NCBI RefSeq assembly: GCF_000315625.1
Contig: NW_005434582.1
Location: 235,824 to 299,823 of the forward strand
From: Guillardia theta CCMP2712
Lineage: Eukaryota; Protista; Cryptophyta
Reading direction: 5' to 3'
Length of the DNA: 64,000 bases
Shown: positions 31,317 through 42,364 of the stretch, one piece after another
Position numbering within the stretch: position 1 is the stretch's first letter
Layout: each line of letters opens with the position of its first letter
Notes under the pieces: model-generated
Told to the model about the DNA's origin: nothing
What the model saw: the letters and a program-made list of their open reading frames with translations, nothing else
The model's database searches: none
Made by a program: the position numbers and the translations under genes

Positions 31317-32799
31317 ATGGCTGCACAGGTGACGCGTCCTCTTCGTCTTCATGCTGCGACGCCGCCACGACCGCAGCCCTCGATTACGATGCACGCACAT
31401 GATGATACTCACTCTGACATGTCCGCATGCCCCCTCCTTCCCTGCCCCCTTCCTTCCCTGCTCTCACCTCCCTCCTGGCTCACACTACCGCCCATGAACC
31501 ACAGCTTTCTCGCTCGGATAGTATCCTTTGACTGCCACCTGTTGATGCTCGTAGAAACATGTTCGTCTCTGATGACATGCTATCGCCTCCTTCGACCTCC
31601 CTTGCTCACTTATTTGCCATCGATTCATGGATTCCCATGGAAGACAAAAATACGGCGTCTTGTGTTGTTTCTGATTGACTGGCGTGCTTGCCCATGATTC
31701 TACTCCTTCCTCGGTCTTACAGCATTTGTCAATAGATTTCTGATCGATCTTTATCATTATCTCCCTCTCTCATCCCTCTCATGCCCTTGTCTCTGCTCAT
31801 TAGAAACGACGGCAAACGAGAAGTAGGAGGGGGCTGACCTTTTGAACGTTTTGTTACCATGGCATGTTGTGTTTGCTCCCTGCTATCATCGTTCGCACTC
31901 ATATAGAGAGTCTTTCTCTTGACATCCCCGTGCTTCTGACACCCACTCTCCTCGCAAGCGTCTCCGTCTGACGCGTCATACAGGACCACAAGGCGAAAGG
32001 GAACGAGTTGTATCAGGCGGAGAAGTATGAGGCAGCGCTGGAGGAGTACACCAAGGCGATCGATCTCAGTCCGCAAGACGGAGTTCTCTACAGCAACCGC
32101 AGCGCGTGCTATGCTGCCCTGGAGCAGTGGAACGAGTGTCTGGCCGACGCAACGACCTGTCTCAAGCTCAAGCCCGACTGGTTCAAGTCCTACTACCGCA
32201 GAGCCCTCGCCCTTCACATGATGCGACGCAACGTGGAGGCTCGCGGGCTGTGCAATGCCGGGCTGGCGCTGGAGCCGGAGAACAAGGAGCTCAAGGGGCT
32301 GAAGCTCAAGTGCAACGAGCCCATCTGCCGCGAGTTCGCCAACGCCTCCGCCATCGACTTCCGCATGGACAGGCCCCCGAGCGAGGACTTCAAGCTCGTG
32401 CTCAAGGGCAAGAGCCCCGTCAAGGGCGCGCAGCTCAACGGGCTCGCCTTCCCCCAAACCCTCCGCACGATGCTGCACACGGCTGTGATGTGCCAGTACC
32501 CCAAGATTGTCAAGGTGAGAAGAGAGAGGGAGGAGATGGGGGGAGGGAGCCAGGGACAGGAGGAAGAATCGAAGTGCAGCAGGGGCAGGGAATGGAAATG
32601 GGAGACGATTGAGGGAGGGAGGGAGCTATGATTCCAGGAGTGACAGTCACATTTCTCTGCTCTGATGAACATGGAAGTGATGTGGAGCTGCAGGAACTGA
32701 TCAGCAGAGGAGCTGATATCGCCATAGAAGACAGGATGGGCCTGTCGCCTGTTCACATGTCTGCTCTCATCCAGGTGCGTGTGGATGCGGATGAGGGAG

Positions 32800-32882
<83 letters not shown>

Positions 32883-33672
32883 TTAGGGGCAAGCAGGAGT
32901 TGACCGAGATGAGAGAAGTTAGCAGCAGCAGCAGCAGCAGCAGTAGGTGTAGGTGTAGGTGTTGAAGTAGGAGGAGAGGGAGCAGCAGGAGCAGGAGGTG
33001 AAGTGGAGGAGCTGACAAGTTATGAAACAGCACGAGGGTGTCATGAGTGTCATCTCCGAGCACTGGGACTCAACGCAGAACGTGTCGACAACGCACAACG
33101 CTACTCCCCAGGTAGAGCAGCTGACAGCGTGGAGGGGGAGGAGCGAGGGAGGATGGAGGGCGATGAATACGGGGCCGGAGGAGGAGGAGGAGGAGGAGGA
33201 GGAGGGAGGTATGCAGGAAGGTTGATTGGGTTGGGTCTTCAGGACATTCTCGATGCGACTAGCTTCACACTTCAGAGGCCGGAGGTCAAGGTCAAGGTCC
33301 TCGACCGCGAGGGCAAAGCAGCAGCTCTCAATGCGATAGAGGTGAGAGACTACCTGCTTGCCTGCTTGCTCCACTTGTGCTGCTTTCCTTTCACCCTTGC
33401 CCTCGTCCTTGTCCCTCCCTTCTGCTCCGGCAGATGAAGATGTTTGTTTCTCCTGCTGCTGTTTCTCCCGTGCTCACTTGCTCTGCGATTAGTTCATGCA
33501 GAAGATGGGGGCTTTCTACCAGCGCACGTGCCAGCTGTCGGACGAATACTTCCGGTAGAGGAGGAGAGGGAGCGAGATGCCAGCAGAGGAATTGGTGGGG
33601 GAGGAGAAGGGGCAGGTTCAAGAGGACGAAGAGGACGAGGGCTTGGTAGAGGACGAAGAAGAGGAAGACGAG

Positions 33673-33744
<72 letters not shown>

Positions 33745-34857
33745 TCATTCACCACCACCATGTTCTGTTTGTCTTCACTTGCCTGTCAGCTGCATGTATT
33801 CTTCAATCCTAGACGATGAAGGCACGGAGCTCATGCAGGTCNNNNNNNNNNNNNNNNNNNNNNNNNNNNNNNNNNNNNNNNNNNNNNNNNNNNNNNNNNN
33901 NNNNNNNNNNNNNNNNNNNNNNNNNNNNNNNNNNNNNNNNNNNNNNNNNNNNNNNNNNNNNNNNNNNNNNNNNNNNNNNNNNNNNNNNNNNNNNNNNNNN
34001 NNNNNNNNNNNNNNNNNNNNNNNNNNNNNNNNNNNNNNNNNNNNNNNNNNNNNNNNNNNNNNNNNNNNNNNNNNNNNNNNNNNNNNNNNNNNNNNNNNNN
34101 NNNNNNNNNNNNNNNNNNNNNNNNNNNNNNNNNNNNNNNNNNNNNNNNNNNNNNNNNNNNNNNNNNNNNNNNNNNNNNNNNNNNNNNNNNNNNNNNNNNN
34201 NNNNNNNNNNNNNNNNNNNNNNNNNNNNNNNNNNNNNNNNNNNNNNNNNNNNNNNNNNNNNNNNNNNNNNNNNNNNNNNNNNNNNNNNNNNNNNNNNNNN
34301 NNNNNNNNNNNNNNNATCGCTCCAGGGGTTTCGCTGCACCTTTTCCTCTATCTCTCCTCACCTCTCCTGCAGGAGCTTACATCAACCATAGCGATTCCCC
34401 CAACACTACTCCTGGTGACTCTCCCTTTCCTCCCTTCTCTCCCCTCCCTCCTCCCTCTCCTCTTCTGCCTCTCTCTTTCTCCCCTTCCGCTCTCCTCCCT
34501 CCCTCCTCTCTCTCCTCCTTCCCCTCCTCCTTCCCCTCCTTCCTTCCCCTCCTCCTTCCTCGTTCTCTGTTCTCCTGCTCTCTAACTGATCTCTCAGAGC
34601 ATATCGTCGCCAAGTGTGCTCCAATGGTGGTCTTCATAGCCAACAGGTGGATCAAACCTCTTCCCCCCCCCCCAGTCCTCATCATCATCACCACTATGAT
34701 CATCAGTCCGGCGCTTCTTCGGTCTTGGCTGTCTTCTTTCTTCTCATTCTTGAGCAGGAACATCGAGCCTGGAGAGCAGATCTCCTTCGACTACCGCGGG
34801 AGACTCCACGGTGATGCAGAGGAGGGAGAGGAGAGGGAGAGAATGGAAGAGATATGA
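31317..34857 (+). CDS. TPR + ankyrin + SET-domain protein (putative lysine methyltransferase; part lost in a gap)
   Basis: ATG GCT GCA CAG|intron 31329-31983|DHKAKGNELYQAEKYEAALEEYTKAI..YSNRSACY (TPR x3). Ankyrin: TMLHTAV..|ELISRGADIAIEDRMGLSPVHMSA. After the gap, VVFIANR|NIEPGEQISFDY is the SET C-terminal motif; stop 34855-34857. Confidence 0.72.
33673..33743. repeat. (CAT)n intronic microsatellite; also (CAGGAG)n at 32803-32882 and (GGA)n at 28303-28371
   Basis: Visible tandem repeats. Confidence 0.95.
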
Positions 34858-34980
34858 GGGAGGCGGAGGAGAGAGGCAAGAGGAGGAGGCAGACGGGGTT
34901 CTGACAAGCTGCTTCAGCTTTGTTCTGCGAGCAGAACCTTCCCTCCTTCAAGCCCCTCGAGTCGCTTCCTCCTACTCAGC

Positions 34981-37900
34981 TCAGCGCCCTGCAGAAGGTC
35001 TGAGGAGCGCGAGGAAGGGGAGGGAAGGCCGCCGGCCCTTCCCCTGGGTCTTCATCCCTCCGGCTATTGTCGGGTTTTGAGCAAGAGGATGAGGATAAGC
35101 AGAAATATTTACATCTGTACACGCCTCCTCCTCCTCCTCCTCCTCCTCCTCCTCCTCCTCCTCCTCGCTCTGCCCAGCATCTTCATCTTGAGCTCGGCTT
35201 CGCTCTACCCCCGCGATGAGCAGCAGCTGGTTTTCTTGCTGAGCCTTCGCCTCCTCATCCCGTCGATCTTGAATCTCCTTCCTCCTTCTTGCGGAGAATG
35301 CCTTCACCTCCCTCGACCCTGCAGCTCCAGTTCAGTCAGCCAACGGAACGAGCAGAAGCAGCAGCAGCCGCACCTTCTCCTCTCAACGACCGTGTGCCCT
35401 GTCTATCCATGCCCTTCGTCGCCGTCCTGCTCCACCGTTACCATTCCTCCCTCTTCCTCCTCCTCCTCCCTCACCTGCTGCTGGTTGGACCGCTCCTCGG
35501 CCTCTCTCTTCGCTGCTGCACTGAAGGACCGCTCCTCTCCTCCTCCCTCCTCTCGCTCTCCCTCCTCTCGCTCTCCCTCCTCTCGCTCTCCCTCCTCGCT
35601 TCCCTCCTCTCTTTGCCCATGTTGCCATCGACGTCGCTTGTCCCTCCCGTCGTTCTCCCTTCTCTCTCCTCCATGCCCTCAGTCTTGTCCTCTTCCTCCC
35701 TGCTCGCTCGCTCCCTCTCACCCTCTCGCCTCCCTTCCTCGCTCCCTTCCCCTCGCTCCTCTCTCCTCTCGCTGTCAGGCCCCTGGGAGGCCGCGAGGGA
35801 GCGAGAGGCCTCGAGCTGTGCGAGAAGATCCGAAAGACTAACAGGCGCCGGCTGAACAAGCAGTCAGAGAGAGGGGAGGGGAGGGGAGGGGAGGGGAGGG
35901 GAGGGGAGGGGAGGGGGAGGGGAGGGAGGAGGGGAGGGGAGGGAGGAAGGGAGGGGAGGGAGGGGAGGGGAGGGGAAGGGGAGGGGAGGGGAGGGAGGGG
36001 AGGGGAGGGAGGGAGGAGGGAGGGAGGGAGGGAGGGGAGGGAGGGGAGGGGAGGGAGGAGGAGGGAGGGAGGGGAGGGGAGGGAGGGGAGGGAGGAGGGA
36101 GGGGANNNNNNNNNNNNNNNNNNNNNNNNNNNNNNNNNNNNNNNNNNNNNNNNNNNNNNNNNNNNNNNNNNNNNNNNNNNNNNNNNNNNNNNNNNNNNNN
36201 NNNNNNNNNNNNNNNNNNNNNNNNNNNNNNNNNNNNNNNNNNNNNNNNNNNNNNNNNNNNNNNNNNNNNNNNNNNNNNNNNNNNNNNNNNNNNNNNNNNN
36301 NNNNNNNNNNNNNNNNNNNNNNNNNNNNNNNNNNNNNNNNNNNNNNNNNNNNNNNNNNNNNNNNNNNNNNNNNNNNNNNNNNNNNNNNNNNNNNNNNNNN
36401 NNNNNNNNNNNNNNNNNNNNNNNNNNNNNNNNNNNNNNNNNNNNNNNNNNNNNNNNNNNNNNNNNNNNNNNNNNNNNNNNNNNNNNNNNNNNNNNNNNNN
36501 NNNNNNNNNNNNNNNNNNNNNNNNNNNNNNNNNNNNNNNNNNNNNNNNNNNNNNNNNNNNNNNNNNNNNNNNNNNNNNNNNNNNNNTATACACGCTCCTC
36601 TCAAACGTCTCCTCCCCGACGAGTTGTTTCAGCCTGTTTAGATTTTCAGCCTTGCTCTGCTGCTTCTGCTGCTGTTGCTCCTCCTCCTCCTCCTCCTCCC
36701 GCTCACCTCATGTCGATCTCCTCCAGTCTCTTTGAGTCCTCCTCCGTCACCGCGTATCCTTCCCCTGGCACTGTGTCCATCCCCCTACATGAAGATAAGG
36801 GAGGGAGGGAGGGAGGGAGGGAGGGAGGGAGAGGGAGGGAGGGAGGGAGAGGAGGAAGTAGGAGGAAAGGTAAGGGAGAAGTGACGGAGGAAGTGGAAGG
36901 GTGGGAGAGTGTTGGACGAGGACGAGGAGGGGGAAGATGGAGCAGACGTTTGCGTCGTCGAAGCGTGAGTCGAGGAGGAGCAGCTCCTGGAGTAGGGAAG
37001 GATGAGAGTCAACCATGAACTGCATCCTCATACCACCCGCTTGTCTTGCTCCTCCGTCAGCCCCAACCTGCTCCCGTACTTGGCCGTCAACTTCTCCAGC
37101 TCTCCACCACCTCGTTCCCTGCTGCTCAGCGCTCTCTTGACGGCAGCAGCTGAGCTCCTCGGCCTCCCCTCCAGCTGAGTATCGCGAGAATCGGCCCGCA
37201 CGTGCGCCCCCCTCTCGTCCTCCGACTTGGCGAGGATCCTCGCGGCACTTGCAGATGCTTCTCCCTGCCAACCCCGTTGACCGAGAGAGGAGGAGAGGAG
37301 GAGGGAGGGGAGGAGTTCACCTCTAGTCGGATCCTCCGACTGGCTCGGAGTTTATCACCGAGAAGTTTGTCGAGACGTCTCATCTGCTCGTCCAATCACC
37401 AGCCTCCTTCCTCCTTCCACCCTCACCTTCTCCCGTGCTTTGTTCACTTGCTCCTCCTCTTCGCTCTCTGCTATCGACGATGCAGCATGTTCCCCTGGTG
37501 ATCGGCAAGGGAGAAGAGGAGGGTGAGCGAGAGCTGCTGGCAGGGGCCAGACGAACCTGAGCTGCCCAGTCCGTCCCCCCTTGCAGTTGCAAACCCTTCT
37601 TGGCTCTCGATGACCTTCGCCTCCTCGTCCGCAAGTACCTGCCCGACCTCGTGAGCTCCTCCCCTGGTGCTCCTCCCCTGTCTCCTTCTCCTCCCTCCTC
37701 TCCTGCTCCCTCCTCGCTCTTCTCCTCCTCTCTCTCCCACATCTCTCTTCTCGTCTTCTCCTTCCCTCGTCTGTTCCCTCATCCTCCAGTCCTCCCTCCT
37801 CTCACCTCTGCATAGTTGTCAGGGAAGGTCACAAGAGGCTCGTCCTCCTCCTCCAGCTTCTTTGAGTGCAAGTAGCTCACGTACTCTTCCAGCTCCCCGT

Positions 37901-39086
37901 GAATGCTCTCAACCCTCGACCTCCTCACCTCCAGCTCCTCTTGCATGGCCTTGTTCTCCTCATACCTCTCCTCCCCCGCTGTCTCCTCCTCCTCCTCCTC
38001 CTCCTCCATCAAGTCTGCGTCTTGTGCCTGTGTCTTTCCCAGCTGTGTTCCCTCGTCTCCCCTGGGCTCCATCGCAGTTGTCTCCTCTCCAGTCTCCTCC
38101 ACCCCCCGCTGCAAGATGATGTTCTGCACAGAGGCATCGAGCATGAGAGAAGCGCCAGCGATGCGGATGAGAGGGGGAGAGGAGGACACAGAGGATGTAA
38201 CGACGAGAGGGAGGGAGGGAGCGGCGATACAACTGTGGCGGACGAGAGCCAGGTAGGAGAGGATAGGAGGAGGATCGTATCACCCGAAAGCGTCGACGGA
38301 CTTCAGAGTCAACAAACTCGATGTCGCCTGAAGAAAATTTCACCTCTTACAATCATATCATCCCCACCTTCACCGTCTTGATCCTCGTCCTCGTCCTCCT
38401 CGTCCTCCCTTGCCTTCTCCTCCTCCACACCATCCATTCTCCTGAACCTGCGAAAGGATAGTGATGTGTGGGTTTCCTCAGGAATCTGTGTCAGACCTTT
38501 GACTCGGCGACTCCTCCCCCTCTTCGTCCTCCGCGACTTCCTGCTCACCTCCTCCCTCCTCCCTCTCATCGGCCTCTTCCACTGCCTCGATCCTGACGTT
38601 TCCTCCCACTGCCTCTTCATGATCCTCCTCGGACTTGTCACCATTCGCTTCCTTCTGCACGATCTCCTCCATATCTGTTCCTGTGAGAAAGAAACCGCCC
38701 TCCTCCTCATCATCATCATCCTTGAAGACATCGCGCGCGCCCCTTCCTGCCATGGCGCAGCGATATTCATCTGTCATCAGGTCAAACGTGACTTGGTGTA
38801 GATGTGCAGTGAAAGAGGAAGGAAGATCTCGGGGGGGGGAGGGAGGGGGGGGGGGTAAGGGACACGTTGATCGATAAGGAGGTGCATGCAGCTCTTTAAG
38901 TTCTTCGGAGAGGCAGCGAGGAAGCAGAAGAGAGGAGGGGGAGGGACAACCTGACATGTCCGCCACGGGTCGGGAGTTGCTACTTTCAGCATGCTCCAAC
39001 TCTGTCTGGACTCCATCCTCAGCTTCTTTCATGTCTTTCAACACCAACTGCTCTGGATCCTCCATGACAGAGCACCCAGTCTCCAT
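34981..39086 (-). CDS. Hypothetical acidic/coiled-coil protein (multi-exon, spans a gap; may start at 39356)
   Basis: Glu-rich coding-like blocks bounded by GT-AG (MEDPEQLVLKDMKEAEDG, ELEVRRSRVESIHGELEEYVSYL, LDEQMRRLDKLLGDKLRASRRIRLE); no family recognised. Confidence 0.5.
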
Positions 39087-39888
39087 CCTCTCGTTCACGC
39101 GAGCATGTCGGAAGTTACCGCCTTGACTCGTTTACAAGTCCGAGTGGGCAGGACTTTCCCGAGAACGAGCAGTGCTCCTCTCTCTCTCTCTCTCTCTCTG
39201 CTCTCAATTCATTTCATCTGTGACCCCAGCATCAGTCAGACATGTTGATCGAGCAAAGAACTTGTTGGTAAGATCGATGACAACTCACCTGCACTTCTAA
39301 AGCACTTCTGCACATCATTCACCTTCCCAGGCTGTGGCATCGGTCTCATTCTTCATTGTGGATCTCTCTTCAGCACTTGTTCTACCAGCTCCTTTCTCAT
39401 CTACTTGTCTTCTCTCCAATATCGTCACTGTCACACTCTTCCTCCAGCCTCCTCGACCCCTCCTTTCCTCTCCTTCCACATTCCTCCCGCCATCTTTGAA
39501 CTTTCGTTTGGTAAGTTGGCACGGTGCTGCCCGTATTTCCAGCACCGTGTGTTCTACAAATTGTACCCCTTTGATCACCCCTTTTACCCCTTCATGACCA
39601 GATAAAAGTACCGGTATCATGCACACCCCTACCCACTGTCCCAACACCACGCCAAAAATCTTTGTTTTGGTCAGCAATGCGGTAGAGGACAGGAGCGCCA
39701 TGCATCGTTCGCTTGCCCCCCTCCTCTTTTTCCAGCTCCAGCTCTTCACCTCGCTCTTCGATCTTGAGCAGAAAGCTGCGGCCATGGGGCTGGTGAGTGA
39801 ATGCTTGTGCTGGGAGGTGGCCAACTAGTGTTCTTGCTAGGAGAGGAAAGGGTCAGAGTTGGCTGCAGGCCGGCAGTGCGTGACAAGG

Positions 39889-40716
39889 ATGGGGGACGAA
39901 GGAATGAGAACAGTGACGAAGAAAGTTTGTCCTCAGGGTAAGCTGTCCAGTGCCTTGAGTGCATACTTCCGGTCGTATGCCAAGGGGGCGGGTGCCGAGG
40001 ATGTTCATGTCCCTGTGTTCCGAGCTCTGAAGCGCATACAGAACTTGGAGCAAGTGCTCTATCCTGGCTGTCACCGGCATATCACTCCGTCGCTCTTCTT
40101 TCCTCGTGTACATTATGTGGACTGTGACGAGAAGGTGGGTGATATATACCGAGATGCAAAGGCGCTTGACTTCATAAACGACAACAAGGAGTATACCCAA
40201 CAAACAGTAGTGTCATTCAGCCGAGGGGATTTCTTCTCTTCTTCGCCTGTTGTGGAGGAGGAATATTTCGACCTGGTGATCTCACTGAGCGCTGGGAATG
40301 TGTCAGAACCGTGCGGGAGATACCTCAAGGAAGGAGGATACCTGCTGGTCAACGAGGCCCACGGTGATGCGTATCGTGCGTACCTGGACCAACGTTTTGA
40401 GCTGGCGGCAGTTTATGATGAGGATTCCCAGCAGTTTGACACGAGCAGCGACGTTGTCAAGGAGTGCTTCCATACGCGAGGAGGAGAGGAGCTGACGAAA
40501 GCCATGTTTGATGAGATCATGTTGAAACCCAAGTCGAGGCGGCCAAACAAGCTGAGATTTCAAAGAGACGCCATGTTCTACTTGTTTAGGATGAAAGGCG
40601 AGGGCAAGGCGATCAAGCCAGACCATGTTCAACCATCTGAGCTTCAAGTGCCGTCAAGGATTCAGAAAAAACGTCGAACGGGAGTCCGAGGCTGTGAATG
40701 CAACAGTGTCAGTTAG
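39889..40716 (+). CDS. Class I SAM-dependent methyltransferase-like protein, bacterial-type, intronless
   Basis: VLYPGCHRHITPSLFFPRVHYVD (motif I/II-like), FDLVISLSAG, YLKEGGYLLVN.AHGDA. Resembles a compact uncharacterised bacterial family from memory. Confidence 0.7.
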   Translation: MGDEGMRTVTKKVCPQGKLSSALSAYFRSYAKGAGAEDVHVPVFRALKRIQNLEQVLYPGCHRHITPSLFFPRVHYVDCDEKVGDIYRDAKALDFINDNKEYTQQTVVSFSRGDFFSSSPVVEEEYFDLVISLSAGNVSEPCGRYLKEGGYLLVNEAHGDAYRAYLDQRFELAAVYDEDSQQFDTSSDVVKECFHTRGGEELTKAMFDEIMLKPKSRRPNKLRFQRDAMFYLFRMKGEGKAIKPDHVQPSELQVPSRIQKKRRTGVRGCECNSVS

Positions 40717-41530
40717 ACGGTTAGTAATGCAACAGTGTCAGTTAGTTAGTCATGATGGCAACAGTGTCAGATAAACTACTGAACTGACACTGTCACCAAA
40801 CCTCGGATCTTGATCACTGATGTCAATCATGTTGCCACTGACCCACGTGTGACCGCAGTACTAAGGTAGATCTGCTCTTAGTGTTCACTCTCTCTCTCGA
40901 GTCGGACTCCGGGAGATCATTCCGGGCTGGCCGCCCGGCAAAGTTCCGAAGTCGCCCTTCAAGCCTTCGGAGTCCGCTCGACTGAGTCGAGTCGGCCCGG
41001 CCGGACAAGTTGAACTGGGGCTCCGGGGTGGTTCATATACAGTACCGTGAGTCACTGTCACATGATCGGATGAACCCCTTCCTGGCAAAGGAGAAAAAAA
41101 AGACCAATTTTGCTAGAGCTTGCATATGACCTTCAATGGCAGGCTTGTGAACGGCATGCTAGCCGCTTGATCCATTTACTCAAAGTTAAGTTAAAAATCA
41201 GTACGAGGACACTCGGGCCCTCAGGACTGGGAGAGTCGACCGTACTGAGGAGGCTTGACCCCAGGCCCTGACACTGTACGGTCGGCGCCGCCGCGGCACT
41301 GAGCGGCCAAACGGCGAGAGGCTTGAAGAGAAAAGACAGCCGCCGGAGAACCAAACCCAATCCTGCCAACTGCTGTCCCCCAAACTTAACTCAGTGATGC
41401 CTTCCCGGTACTGACCGTACGGCAGTGAGGCAAGGAGTCCGGCCCGGCACGGTTCCGGGCCGCGGAGCCCGGCCGCCGCGCCGCCCCCGCCGCGGCCAGT
41501 CACTGAGTCTTGATCATCATGATGATGGGA
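40700..41530. other. Palindromic-word tract beginning with GCAACAGTGTCAG x3 plus an inverted partial copy
   Basis: Copies at about 40700, 40729 and 40758; inverted CTGACACTGT at 40784; then GAGTC/GACTC/CCGG/CCGTAC words and ATCATCATGATGAT near 41520. Confidence 0.7.
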
Positions 41531-41548
41531 GATATCAGGTATAAATAT

Positions 41549-41670
41549 GATATAAATGAGCTAAAATAGTACCAGGTGTTTGATATAAATGAGCTAAAAT
41601 AGTACCAGGTGTTTGATATAAATGAGCTAAAATAGTACGAGGTGTTTGATATAAATGAGCTAAAATAGTA
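41549..41670. repeat. AT-rich 33-bp tandem repeat, about 3.7 copies (GATATAAATGAGCTAAAATAGTACCAGGTGTTT)
   Basis: Units start at 41549, 41582, 41615 and 41648; one substitution. Confidence 0.95.
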
Positions 41671-42064
41671 TATGATATTTGAAGACGTTGCAATAGTCCG
41701 TAGCAACATTTGAAATAAGTATATAAATTCACTGGGTTTAGTACCAGAAATCGAAATCGACTATAATGATTTTTATCATGACTGAAAGTTCCGGCAGAAG
41801 TTTTTGACGGCTGAGTAAACATGCGGCTGAGTGTAGCAAGAGAACTCTGGCGAGAGGAGGAGGAGGCGCCGGAGGAGGAGAGAAGAGGAGGAGAGAAGAG
41901 GTTGAGAAATAACTGCAGGAGATGAAGAGAGAGGAGTGGAGGGGGGACGTCGGCGCAGTGAGAGNNNNNNNNNNNNNNNNNNNNNNNNNNNNNNNNNNNN
42001 NNNNNNNNNNNNNNNNNNNNNNNNNNNNNNNNNNNNNNNNNNNNNNNNNNNNNNNNNNNNNNNN

Positions 42065-42110
<46 letters not shown>

Positions 42111-42364
42111 CGCGAGGGGGAGCGTGAGCGAGTGTGCGGGGGGCGGGGGGCGGGGGTGGCAGGGAAGTCCAGAAGCGAATGGGGGAGGAACGGCAGGGGA
42201 AAAAAAGGAGAGAAAAGAAGAAAAGAAGAAAATTCATGCTGAGGATCAAACAGAGGAGGGGAGGAGAGGAAATTGCGTTGGAAATCTGAGATCTGTGTTG
42301 CTCTGTCGCAGTTGGGTCCAACAGTCGCAGAGGAGGAGTGATAAGCATCACAGCAGTGAGGAGG

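Noticed and set aside
31399-31420. Box C/D snoRNA (ATGATGA...CTGA) in the long first intron
   Set aside because: The boxes are under 10 nt apart; no guide region.
30927-31697. 256-aa and 307-aa (3066-3989) ORFs over intergenic or intronic DNA
   Set aside because: Non-ATG starts, low-complexity Pro/Ser/Leu content, and no host-like codon bias.
40700-41670. CRISPR-like repeat/spacer array
   Set aside because: The 13-bp repeats are too short and few, the 33-bp units have no spacers, there are no cas genes, and the context is eukaryotic.
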